Shown here: piece after piece, positions 37,420 to 48,396 of the stretch
How positions within the stretch are numbered: position 1 is the stretch's first letter
Layout of the letters: each line of letters starts with the position of its first letter
DNA from: Epithemia pelagica
Lineage: Eukaryota > Protista > Bacillariophyta
Assembly (NCBI GenBank): GCA_946965045.2
Contig: OX337232.1
Coordinates: 3,846,314-3,910,313 of the forward strand
DNA: 64,000 nt
Direction of reading: 5' to 3'
Notes under the pieces: generated by a model
Told to the model about the DNA's origin: nothing
Databases searched by the model: none
What the model saw: only the letters and a program-made list of their open reading frames with translations
Position numbers and translations under genes: made by a program

Positions 37420-38644
37420 CTAGGCTTGATCCTTCCGTTTGTCACCATGGACCGTATTGGGCCTTGCTCGTTTTGAAGCTGATGCCGAGATGGAGAATGG
37501 AGAGATATCAGCATCTCCGATACCCATTCCTTCCACTGAATGATACCATCCGCTGGGCTTCTGCTCACAGAGTCGACGAAAGCACCATGTATTCTTGTCC
37601 ATTAGTGGCATTGTCGCACAGGTAGGATTGCGCCATCCACCAATCACGGCAACCTGATTGGCAACAGTCACCATACTGCAGCCATTGCGTTGATTATCTA
37701 ACGGTGGGAGATTCCAAACGCGGTTGCGGTGCGTGTCCAAGACTTCGAGGGTTTGACGGGTTCCTCCGGCCACAACCAGACAAGATCCCATGGCAACCAT
37801 TGCACAAGGCCTTCGTGCATCGAAAAGCCTCAACTCCGAATGAGTGGTCCAGGTGGGTGAGAAGGAAATGAATCTCGAGCCAGTCTTGCTTTTTGCCTGA
37901 TCATTGTCACAGGGTGTTGCGTAGTCCAAATACTCGACCGAGTCAAGATCGCCATGCTCGTTTTCGCCTCCAACCTCCAACGACAAAGATGTGGTGACTA
38001 ACGACCGCACTGGAACATAATTGTCGAGGAACAGCCATGGATGGTCCTGCAATGACAGTATGGTTACTGGCATCAATAATATCCACCGACGACAAACAGC
38101 GATCGTTGTAATAGCCACCCACAACAATAATGTATCGGTTGTGAACCGCAACAGCACAACATCCACGTCCCGTTGATAAACGACAGTTTAATGTCGTCCA
38201 ATGCCTCTCATGTTTGTTGCTTGCTGTTAAAGTTGATTGCAGCAAATCGTTGGCATCAATTTGTTCGATACAATCCAAATATCCTCGTACTCTATTGTAT
38301 CCTCCCATTACGTAGACTGCTCCATTGCACTTTACAGCGGCATGTTCGTAACGTTTCTGGTTCATGGGTGGCCCTTCTCGCCACTGCTTGTTCTGTCCCT
38401 CCACATTCATTACAAGAACGGAATTGGTGGCAGCTTGGTCTTGTTTATATCCTCCCAACACGACGACCGTCTGCCCCCAGTTGTTGCTATCGTTATCCTT
38501 ATCGGTATGATTTAGTACGACCGATGTATGAAACGAACGCCATCCACCCTTAAGGGGAGGCCAGTCATTTTCATTCCACTCTTCTGTCTCGTCGAAAAGG
38601 ACAAGGCCCGACTGCCATGCTTGTTCTTGCAGCGTCATGCTCAT
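37420..38644 (-). pseudogene. Kelch-repeat protein gene frameshifted by a 7-bp tandem duplication
   Basis: Kelch repeats VVVLGG, VYVMGG, IIVVGG, IFVVGG, LVVAGG, VAVIGG. CTCCAAC is duplicated at 37968-37981; removing one copy joins the 271-aa and 248-aa ORFs (VVGG-ENEHGDLDSVEY). Confidence 0.85.
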
Positions 38645-38774
38645 GGTGCATTCATTTGACGAGACGTTTTGAGTATATGAGTGGCAGTGCGCGTGAGCTT
38701 CATGTCCACGTTTGCCATCTCCGTCCAGCAATGTTTGCGCGACCGGAATTTTCCCCAAAAGCTGTGCCCCACCG

Positions 38775-39182
38775 CACGCGCGACTGCTACGAATCTCACT
38801 ACCCTAATAGCTACGGAGCTACTCTTCCATATAGCCATCAAAGCTCCTCCTACCAAACCATGCACGAGAGTTTCATTCATCCTTCATGGGAGTATTGCAA
38901 GAACCCAGGTTACTGCTATATCCCCCAACAACTCTTGTTACAAAGAATAGAGCCTTCTTATAGTAATACTTTATATACGTATAAAACCCCCCACAGAAAA
39001 AACACAGATAGAAGACTATGGATGACGATGAATTCATCATCATCATCATGATATGATCATCATGATCATTGCAATACTGGTGAGATATGAAGAAACTGAA
39101 CTTGCTCTACCCACGAAACACGAGAAAAAAGGAACTGATGGATTCACAGCTTGGGACTCATCTTGAGAATCAATCTTGGTAG
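38775..39182. repeat. Intergenic direct repeat, copy 3
   Basis: Matches copy 1 (CGAATCTCACTAC, CACGAGAGTTTCATTCAT) and copy 2 (through TGAGAATCAATCTTGGTAG). Confidence 0.9.
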
Positions 39183-39606
39183 TGCGCTGTCGTCGCACCA
39201 AATGAGATTGTCAAGTCCAACAAACGAGGGTAGAAGAAGGGTAGCTCTATACAGAGCACAAATCTTGAAAGTTCGTGGCCAGAGAGAGTCTTGGAACTTG
39301 GAACCAACATGGAACTCAAGACGAGGCACGATTCACTCGCACACGTACGGCGCGGTTCACCACTCCCGAATGCAACAAGGATCAACATCTGTACACAAGA
39401 ATGGTTGTGCCCTTGTCGTCGTTGTGTTCTTGTGGAAACCGTACGCTGCAGGCTATACACAACGATTGTGGTCTTGTGTCTTGTGTGTGTGTGGCCCCTT
39501 GTCCGGAACACGGCACGGCACAGCCGTAGGAATCATTCCCACTGGCCGAATGCCAGGATCGTCTTGAGAGATGAGATGTACGACAACACACACTTGTCCT
39601 TTGTGG

Positions 39607-40953
39607 TTAATGAGAATTTCGTCGGGCACCCGCACTGGAACTGGATCCTCGTGATGATGATGGTGGTGGAGTCACAGTTTGGTTCTTGTGGTCTCGATGG
39701 TCTTGGTGCGAACCCGCGCCAGCCGCCCGTGCTTCGGCGGCTCGTTCGGCCACGACGGAATGTTCCATGGTGGCTGCCAAATAGCGGGCAAACAATCGCG
39801 AGGGACGACTCACTTCGAGGGAAATTTGACACATGTTTTCGGCCAACATGTGGCAGTGCGGATCGTCCAAATTCACTCGTCGTGGTTTGCGACTGTGAGA
39901 CGGCCGACGGCTGCCAGTCTCTTGCTCTTGTTGCTGCTGTTGCTGATCAAAAAAGTGATGTTGCAAATCTTGAAGGGTATGCATGAGAGAGGCTCGCAAT
40001 TCCGATCGATCCTTGCCAATCTTGGTCACGAGGAGTCGTTCGAGGCCCAAGACACATTCGGTATCGAGCGAGGTGCGATAGAGACGCAACAAAGTGGCTT
40101 GTTCGTGCGGGGTCAAAATGCTTTGATCGCGGGGCAAATACACGACTTGTTCCAGTTCCATGGCAAAGCAGGTATCGTACAGAGGTTCAATCAAGGCCGT
40201 GTAGGAAAAGGGTTTGCGGGTGGCATCGCGCGCACGACGATCTTGCGCCTTGAGGACCGATTTGACTGTTTTAATGACATTGTACTTGAATCGCTTGTAG
40301 TCCTCCCCATTGTACCATCGCGACTCGACATCGTACAATACGGAATCATCCCGCATCGTAGTGTCTGTAGTCGTATTCACAGAGAGAGCCGCCCCGGATG
40401 ATGATGGTGATGGTTGTTGGGGAGCATATTGATTCCGCGACAAATCAAACATGACTCGCTGAGCTCCATGCGGACGAAACAAGCTCTTGCTCTTGGTAGT
40501 TTGCCGTCCCACGGGAACAACAACAGATCCCCCTGATAATGATGGTGATGATGTCGCTTCGGCATCGGGACTTTCTTGTTCATGTTGTGGTGAAACCGCA
40601 CGCGGTGCTGGCAATCCACAAGTCTGTTGTTGTTGTGGGAACTGCGTTTGTTGTGGCACATGCGCAGATGAAGAAGAGGAACCAAGGACTGCCGTTTCGG
40701 GTGGTGGCAGAATGACACTGGTTTCGGTCGCTCGTTCAGCTCGTCGCGAGTAGTAACGATGAGCATTGGAAGATGATGGATGATGCACCTTTGGTTTTTG
40801 GGTCAAACCGGCATCGGCGGTAAAGGTTGAAGAGAGGGAGACATCATCGGAAAAGGAGGAAGACAATGGCGCATCCTCCATACGAGATGAAGGATGATAA
40901 TTGGACTGTGGTGGTGGTACCAACAGGGTCACACTGGGCATGTCTTGTCTCAT
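39607..40953 (-). CDS. Hypothetical protein of a common diatom-type family (VxF...WY...GLE...Q...S..SR..A pattern)
   Basis: Uninterrupted ORF containing RVMFD, RWYNGEDYKRFK, LGLERL and ISLEVSRPSRLFARYLA. The family assignment is from memory and unverified. Confidence 0.65.
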   Translation of the reverse strand: MRQDMPSVTLLVPPPQSNYHPSSRMEDAPLSSSFSDDVSLSSTFTADAGLTQKPKVHHPSSSNAHRYYSRRAERATETSVILPPPETAVLGSSSSSAHVPQQTQFPQQQQTCGLPAPRAVSPQHEQESPDAEATSSPSLSGGSVVVPVGRQTTKSKSLFRPHGAQRVMFDLSRNQYAPQQPSPSSSGAALSVNTTTDTTMRDDSVLYDVESRWYNGEDYKRFKYNVIKTVKSVLKAQDRRARDATRKPFSYTALIEPLYDTCFAMELEQVVYLPRDQSILTPHEQATLLRLYRTSLDTECVLGLERLLVTKIGKDRSELRASLMHTLQDLQHHFFDQQQQQQEQETGSRRPSHSRKPRRVNLDDPHCHMLAENMCQISLEVSRPSRLFARYLAATMEHSVVAERAAEARAAGAGSHQDHRDHKNQTVTPPPSSSRGSSSSAGARRNSH

Positions 40954-42039
40954 GATAATGGTTGTCGAGTATAGTGATGATACTGAGTGTGTTGTGAATG
41001 ACTGGAGAAGAGCAGCACAAGCCAAAAGTACGATCAAGCAATGGAAAATGGATGCCAGTGTCAAGAACCACAACAATCTGGTGGTTGCACACTTCTCCCA
41101 CAGAGACTTGTTGTTGTTTGTTGTTTGTGTTGGCGTTTGTGAATGTATCACTCCAAGCCTACGGTAGTCTCTATTCAAGCCAAGAGACAAAAGGAAGCAA
41201 TGGTAGTCTTCCTCCACAACTTTGCTATTGTTGTTGTTGTTGTTGCTGGTGGTGGTGGTTGCCAAAACGGTTCTAGAGAGAGATGAGAGATGATCCAAAC
41301 AACCGCACACCACCGCGGAGAGAAGGCGCAGGGAATGAGGAGTCACGAACGGCCTCCCGCCTCCTCTTCAATGGCCCCGCGGCTAAACACTCCCTACCAG
41401 ATCATCCAAAGTACGACCACCGTGCCATCGCAAATCGGGGACCAACGCAAACGAGTCCTCCACAGGCCAAAAAGGATTGAGGTGTACTATCTATATTCGG
41501 TATTGGACCGATTGGTAGTCGTAGTCTCGCGTACAAGTCGAATCGAGTTCCGAATGGTTGTAAAGGACAAGCCTTACGGTCGATACGAATCATATGCGTC
41601 TTGGCAACCTCAACTCATAAAATAGGCCTATCTCCTGTTCGATTCTTCTAAATAATGTTGCAGGTCAGTTCCATTTCAATATATTGCCATAAGTCAAGAA
41701 AGACAGCCAACATCAGAAACACGTCAGAAGCGCTTAAGAAAGCAAATTCCTACAAAGATGTCCATAGTAATGATACTGCACAGAGGAACTCGCTTTTCTC
41801 ATGTTCATCCCCTTTCAAAAGATCCCACATATTTTATATCCGTGCTATTCAACGTAAAACAAGTTCAGATTCAAATTTATGACGTAATTTCGCCCCGAAA
41901 TATTGTTCCAAATGGGGTGAAAGCGAGTCTTGAAGGCGAAATCCATCAGATCCATCTCCATGGCACCAGACCCCCAAGATTGAGGTTTCTCCGAAAAATG
42001 TCACAAAACTAATGCCCCCACTCGATGAACAATAGCCGT

Positions 42040-43264
42040 GGGGGAGAATGCAATGACTTTCTTCGACATTCCTAGCAAAAGCCTTGTCGAAATGGTCATT
42101 AAAGCTACCAACTTATTTAATTGGCGCACCTCTGTCAGAATGTCAGAATATCTCTGGGGGAGAATGCAATGACTTTCTTCGACATTTCTTGCAAAAGCCT
42201 TGTCGAAATGGTCATTAACGCCATACGTAAGGAACGGGTTTTAAGGGTAACGGAGTAGAAAATAAACTACTCCCATAAAAAATATGGGATCAGTGCTTTG
42301 ACTCCCATAAACTACTCCCATCTTAACACGGTTTGAAAACTCCCAGTTTTAATTTCGAGTACAAATTTATTCATAGTGAGAATTTTTTGTCATTTTAGTC
42401 GCTTTTCTCGAACTTGAGCGGCCATCCGCGATGACCATGAGAGACAATGAGGGCGGACAATGAAAATGGCATGGATCATCTTCCAATGATGCCAAACCAG
42501 GTCAGAATGGATGAAGGAAAGTCAATTGATCAAGACAGATGGTATGTGGAGGCGAAAGTTGACCAAGGAAAGGTTCAATGTGTCGAAAAAGGGTCAATGC
42601 TGTGAAGCAGGCAAAAACATGGTCTGAGAGAGGGAATTGCCGAATGCTCAACAGAGGTGCTGTCAAATCACAAATAAAGACAAAGTCCTATAGTTCATAT
42701 TATTTTACACCAGAATGGAAGGTCTTGACATTTGCTGTTGGATATTGAGTGTGTGCGTACTGCTCAAAGTTGGGCCATGGTCGATGGGAAGAGAAAATCA
42801 CAAAAATCATCCAAGTTTTGATACACGAAACGACTGTTATAATTTAAAAATCAGTGTAGACTATGATATATGAAAATGTTCAAAATTCCACAAACTATTA
42901 GAATTACAAGTGAAAAAGACAATGACGTCTATATTCCAATTAGTAGATGTCTTCAAAGTTATGGGAGGAGTGTATATACTGCTCGAATTTATGGGATCAG
43001 TATATATACTGCTCCCTTACGTATGGCGTTAAAGCTATCATCTATCATCTGATTTAATCTGGGGGAGAATGCAATCACTTTCTTCGACATTTCTAGCAAA
43101 AGCCTTGTCGAAATGGTCATTAAAGCTATCATCTATCATCTGATTTAATCTGGGGGAGAATGCAATCACTTTCTTCGACATTTCTAGCAAAAGCCTTGTC
43201 GAAATGGTCATTAAAGCTATCATCTGATTTAATCGGCGCACCTCCGTCAGAATATCTCTGGGGG
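42040..43264. repeat. Tandem array of ~91-116-bp hairpin-containing units, interrupted by a TTAA element
   Basis: GGGGGAGAATGCAAT(G/C)ACTTTCTTCGACATT..T.GCAAAAGCCTTGTCGAAATGGTCATTAA starts at 42040, 42156, 43061 and 43152. Confidence 0.9.
42219..43028. mobile_element. 810-bp non-autonomous TTAA-specific (piggyBac-like) element
   Basis: TTAA at 42215-42218 and 43029-43032 flanks a perfect 14-bp TIR CGCCATACGTAAGG/CCTTACGTATGGCG. Removing the element restores the array junction GGTCATTAAAGCTA. Confidence 0.9.
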
Positions 43265-44225
43265 ATATCTCGGGACTGAACAATCAGATGCTGGGTGGAC
43301 ACCTACAATCACACTTCTATACTCTTTTATTTCTCTGTGATGGTATCGATTCGATCTTTTGATCCGATATGTGGTTGGTCGGACCACAGATACGGGAAGG
43401 GACATTTCACGATTGGGCTTTCTGTCCTCATAACCAAAACATCCAAACGGTGCATGCCGAGAAAGACGATCGGAAGATGGGAGCCACAACCACAACAGAA
43501 ATCAAGGCCGGTGTTACAGGAATGGACAGGAGAATCCAACACGAAAAAAGAATAATACCAATGGACTTGGGATGCGGACGGATCATACGCTCCAGACATG
43601 AGTGTGTGTGCTTGATAGATGCGCCTCCTATTCGACGGGACCTGCGATAGGGCGACACGGTCTTTCCATGTAGAGTGTAGAGTCGTTTCCGTGGGTGAAG
43701 CGAAACAAGACGTTTGGTGAGGCAAAAACACACACAAGTTTCTCAATTTGTGAAAGAAACTACATTCTTTCGACAGAACGAATCGAACTAACTACACAAC
43801 CGTGTAAGCGTAGCGTCCAATGAGGAACTTGTCATCCTGGTGCTAGCTACGTAGCATGATAGACAATAGAACATAGAACCTCCGCGGAAGGGAAAGTAGA
43901 CTGAGACTACGATAGCTCCGTTTTCACGTAGGAAACATGAATGCCCGTTTGGGATATTGAACCTATAGGAGTCGTTTAAGGCTAGTACCATGATGTCTCC
44001 CCGTCGTATCATTGATTGCAATGAACAACTAACCCATAAAGGCGTCCTAACCTGCTGAGCAAACGTGGGGTAGTCGTTTCGACAATAGGTACGGATGCAC
44101 GCTTCTGCCAGAGTACCCTTTGTCGGGAATGCATATTGTCCAATAGGACGATACCACATGCATATCAGTGTGGGTGTATATACATAATATGTCTCATTTT
44201 AGGCACGCTTCTATCTTTGGCTTTA

Positions 44226-47200
44226 TTATTGAGTAAAAAGTTTTGTCATGGCACCTACATTGATACGTGCACCGCTGTGAATCCAAGGCAACAAATCCAC
44301 ATCCTGTTCTCGCAAACCACCCATATCTCCTTCACTAGCGCGCACTCGTCGCTTGAACGCGTCACGACTAGGATGTCCCAATCGTCCATACCAGGAATAA
44401 CAGAGCTTGCGACGTTCCGACTCATCGCCGCCTCCATTCACATCGTCATCGTCTTCCTCGTCCTTGCTACTAGCACTGCTCGTTTGACTACTGCTAGTTT
44501 TGCTCTTTTGTGTGGTCGTCGATGATTGTTCCGAGTGTTGATCATGATGTTGTTGCCGTTGCAGTTCTCGGTTTCGATGCTCCGGTCTGTGGTCTACAGA
44601 AAAGTCGGCCGAGACGCTGTTTCGCCTCGTTCTTCTCGCACCACGGTCGTCATCAAGATCACCACTATCGCTGGAGGAATGCATCAGACTTGGCTTTGGA
44701 TTTCCGTTCCTGTTCTGATGACCAGAATTCTTGAACAACAAATTGTGCAACGGATCCACCTTCTTGCTGTTGGTGGACGAGGAATTCGAATTCACACTCG
44801 CAATGCTCCCTCCCGTTCCTGCAATGGAGGAACGGCGTCTTCTCCGTCGTCTCGAGGACGATCGACGACGGCGGTAGGAACCACCAGAACTGGAACCGTC
44901 ATCGTCTTCACCTCGACGCCGCAAGGCTCGTCGTGCCATGCGTCGCATTTCCGAAGATTTGCTGGCCCGTCGCGCCGCTCGCATTTTGCCGTTTGGTGAA
45001 GTTGGGCTGGCCATGTTGGAACTTGTTTTGGGTGTACGTCTATGTTGGATCACATCGAGATCGTCGGATCCAGCACCATGACTTCGTGTTGAAGATATGG
45101 AGCCTTTGGAACTCGCGTCTGTTTCGTCGCCATTGGGCGACGGCTCGGTACCGTCATTGTTGCTCTTGTTTCTCCGACGGATAATGACTCGATCATCACT
45201 GATATCATCCAAACTTCCGCTATGACCACTGCCATTCATGATGACATTGTTGGCACTCCCCACACTCCCAGGTGACGATGGATCATTATTCTTTTTCCGC
45301 AACCGAGCCTTGAGGACAATCTTCTTGCTGCCAGTCTTGGAGGCAACCGTTGACAAGTCGTCATCTTTGCTATACTGGTAGTGCTCGGCTTTTTGTCGTG
45401 GCGAGTCCAATCCTTCAGTGGTATCCTCTTCTTGTCGTCTGGCTCGTCTCGTCGGAGACGCAGGGGCGGGCGACATGGGCACAGCGGCAGCGCTTGCACG
45501 AGAGGGTGACGCTGTCTCGCTGTCATTAGACTTTTTCTTTGGGCTGCTGTTCTTACTATCCAATTGTTTTCGTTCCTCCTTGGCGATTCTCCAATCTGGT
45601 GTAGCCCGATGTCCTCCGTGATAGTAGTCATTGAGTGTCCATTTGAGCTGTTGCGTCGGAGCAGCATCCGGCACTGGTTGCGGGGGTTGGCGAGCTGGAA
45701 ATTCGGGAAATTTGGCGGGCGGTGCTGGAATAATGGTTCGTTGGTAGTATTTACTAGGAGACCGACGGGGTATGGCTGTGAGATCTGACGCCGTTCGTTG
45801 AGGAGTCTTGGGGGAATCTCGTTTCTTTTTCTTCTTTTTGTCAGCCTCCTCATCTTTCTTGGGGGTGGAGGGAGCAGTCTCGGTCTCACGCTTCTCTTGA
45901 TCATATTGATGTAATACATGGTCATCATTTTCCTCGTCATCTGGATCTTCATTGCTCATGATACTACCTGTCAGATTTGTAGCATTGGTATATGTCAACG
46001 TGCTTGTGGTAGTACTCGTGTCTCGAAGTATAAGCTCCTCCCCTTCTTCCTCTTCATCTTGGTCATCTTCGTCCTCGTCTTCTTGGTTGTCTTGCAGATC
46101 GGGTGGTGGAGGGCCTGGAAGGTCTTTTGGACCTTGAAGACGGTGCATCCCTTCTCGTTTGGTCGATGACGGTGATTCTTGCTGTTGGGTCAAGGGCGGC
46201 GGTGGTATTGCACTAGAGTTGGTAGTGTTGTTGTTGAGTTTGTTGTCGGTTCGTTGTTTGGGTGGTGCTGGAACGGTCAATGACCAATACCAGGATCCTC
46301 CAGAATCGTCCGACAATTCCGATACATTGTCCGACAGATCATCGTAGCAACTCGTGTTACTACCTCCCTTGTTTTTGAATTTCGTCAGCCGAAGCGGAAT
46401 GACCATTCCACAGAGAGAAACGACATTGGAGGACGATGAATCGTCCTGATAGTGCTCCACAAGAGGCTGTTGTTGTTGGTAGTCCTCGTAACCGTCGTGT
46501 TCGTCGTGCTCTTCGTCGTCGTCCTCATCATCATCAAAATCGTCTTCTTCGTCCTCATCTTCCTCGTCGTATTCACTAGGAAAGGAATGCTTCGATGAGG
46601 AAATGGTTACCACAACACCATTTTCATTTTCGTATTGATAAAATTCTTCATCGTCTGATCGCAATATATCACGGCATTTGAGCATGGCTCCATGCAAACC
46701 CAGATCATTGCCCATAATTCCACAGAAGGCTTCCAAATGCTGTTCATAACGCTCCATTTCTTCCAATAATTGCCGATCGGCCACTTCTCGCAACAAGGCA
46801 TCCGTCATGTGGTGCAAGACATCGCGACACAAACACAAACGATCGTATTCGACAAAGCCATCGCGGACCAAGACGGCCCCCATATCAAATTTGGTATAGC
46901 CAGCGGCATTTTCTTGCTCAAGCGTTCCTGGAATCAACGCCTGCGTATGTTGAATCATGCCCGTCAATTGCTTTTGCAATTCACCCAGCGATTGTCGTGA
47001 TTTCACAGGCACTTTGGTGGTGGACAAGTCTCCGGCCGAAATGAGTCGTTCCAGTGCCTTGAGCAGCAAGACCAACCGATCGAGGCGTCGTGCAAAGGCG
47101 TGATACTTTTGACCAGCTTTGGTGATGCTGACTCCTTCCAAATGAGATTCAAATTGTTGCAAAAAGTGCTTTTTCCATTTGGCAAAGCCCCGGCGCGTTT

Positions 47201-47279
47201 CAATCAAATCCAACTTGCGCAGTAAATCCTTGAGCACCGGATCTTGATCCAGCGGGTTGGTCAAAATTGCGCGAACCAT
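44226..47279 (-). CDS. Large hypothetical protein: N-terminal helical domain (paralogous to 48397-49842), acidic/Ser-Arg disordered middle, C-terminal WY..LG.P...DVDLLPW domain
   Basis: Uninterrupted ORF with likely start MVRAILTNPL. GYTKFDMGAVLVRDGFVEY and ADRQLLE...LGLHGAMLKC are shared with the neighbouring gene. Confidence 0.75.
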   Translation of the reverse strand: MVRAILTNPLDQDPVLKDLLRKLDLIETRRGFAKWKKHFLQQFESHLEGVSITKAGQKYHAFARRLDRLVLLLKALERLISAGDLSTTKVPVKSRQSLGELQKQLTGMIQHTQALIPGTLEQENAAGYTKFDMGAVLVRDGFVEYDRLCLCRDVLHHMTDALLREVADRQLLEEMERYEQHLEAFCGIMGNDLGLHGAMLKCRDILRSDDEEFYQYENENGVVVTISSSKHSFPSEYDEEDEDEEDDFDDDEDDDEEHDEHDGYEDYQQQQPLVEHYQDDSSSSNVVSLCGMVIPLRLTKFKNKGGSNTSCYDDLSDNVSELSDDSGGSWYWSLTVPAPPKQRTDNKLNNNTTNSSAIPPPPLTQQQESPSSTKREGMHRLQGPKDLPGPPPPDLQDNQEDEDEDDQDEEEEGEELILRDTSTTTSTLTYTNATNLTGSIMSNEDPDDEENDDHVLHQYDQEKRETETAPSTPKKDEEADKKKKKKRDSPKTPQRTASDLTAIPRRSPSKYYQRTIIPAPPAKFPEFPARQPPQPVPDAAPTQQLKWTLNDYYHGGHRATPDWRIAKEERKQLDSKNSSPKKKSNDSETASPSRASAAAVPMSPAPASPTRRARRQEEDTTEGLDSPRQKAEHYQYSKDDDLSTVASKTGSKKIVLKARLRKKNNDPSSPGSVGSANNVIMNGSGHSGSLDDISDDRVIIRRRNKSNNDGTEPSPNGDETDASSKGSISSTRSHGAGSDDLDVIQHRRTPKTSSNMASPTSPNGKMRAARRASKSSEMRRMARRALRRRGEDDDGSSSGGSYRRRRSSSRRRRRRRSSIAGTGGSIASVNSNSSSTNSKKVDPLHNLLFKNSGHQNRNGNPKPSLMHSSSDSGDLDDDRGARRTRRNSVSADFSVDHRPEHRNRELQRQQHHDQHSEQSSTTTQKSKTSSSQTSSASSKDEEDDDDVNGGGDESERRKLCYSWYGRLGHPSRDAFKRRVRASEGDMGGLREQDVDLLPWIHSGARINVGAMTKLFTQ

Positions 47280-48396
47280 GGTGTGCGTGTCCTGTTTCTC
47301 TCTTTTCCGAACAACTCCAACGAAGTCTAGAGACAGCGGTGCAGATTCGGTGGTATTCCTTGCGGTTTTTGAAAGGTCCAAACTACAACCAACGGAACGC
47401 TGACCGCCAACAGCTCCTCCAAGATCGAAATTGGATGGAAAATACTCCACTGGAGAGCTGTCAATAGAAAACAAAGAAGCAATATCCTTGGCCGTTTCCG
47501 CTTTCGACTCTCATCTCTCGGGTGGCACGAAACCACACCGTGTTTTACTCTGCGGCGGGGGTCTGTCACGCCCCAAAACACACTCTCGCTCTATAAAAGC
47601 TGAAGCAAGCATGCAAGCTTGGGCGTTGCGCATCCCCCCATTCTTTCTGAATGGATTGGGGAAAGTCAGATGTCTCGGTCCTAGCTGTCTCGTCCCATTC
47701 AAATGTCTTTTTCCTCGGTTTCCGGGTTTCCAATATACACTTTGATTCTATACGGACGGTCCATCTGGAACAGTCGGTCGCGGAAATGCAAGCCGTTCTG
47801 ATCCCAACCATTCTGCAACTCGTCGATCCGCAAGGGAAGGGTCACGAGAGGTGTCGTTGGCCTGTCCACAAACGGCAATTGCATCGGTCTCGACTTTTAT
47901 GCCCATGGGACCCTCAATCTTGACCGTCCCGAAATATTCGAAGATACCAAACAATGCGTCCTCCTTTTTCTAGAGGAGCATAGTTTTCCATTCCTTACCA
48001 CATCTAGCACTCTATCAAACAACAAACAACCAAGCTCCTGTTTCGTTGACCGCAAGGACTGAAACCCAGTACAATCATGGCTTGTCGAAACAAGCCTAAG
48101 CAACTATACATAGCGGTTGCGATTCTGTTTTTCCGCTTTCTAGTAGGAGTGCATCAACAGAATACTTCTGACCACTCTAGCTCTAAGCTTCGTTTCATCT
48201 CCAAACGGGCGATGCTATGGGTGAATGAGCCATGTATGAACAAACACTATAGTACCTTCTGGTTTATGGTACAGCAACTAAATCGAGATTCCGTCATGAG
48301 AAAAAGAGAGCATTTACACTGACACGAAATGCCCATGACAATAGTCTGGAACAGCAATCACCGACTGTCGCAATGGTCAATGTCCAACGTCAATTA

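Noticed and set aside
42040-43264. CRISPR-like array
   Set aside because: Units are 91-116 bp with related linkers rather than unique spacers, there are no cas genes, and the context is eukaryotic.
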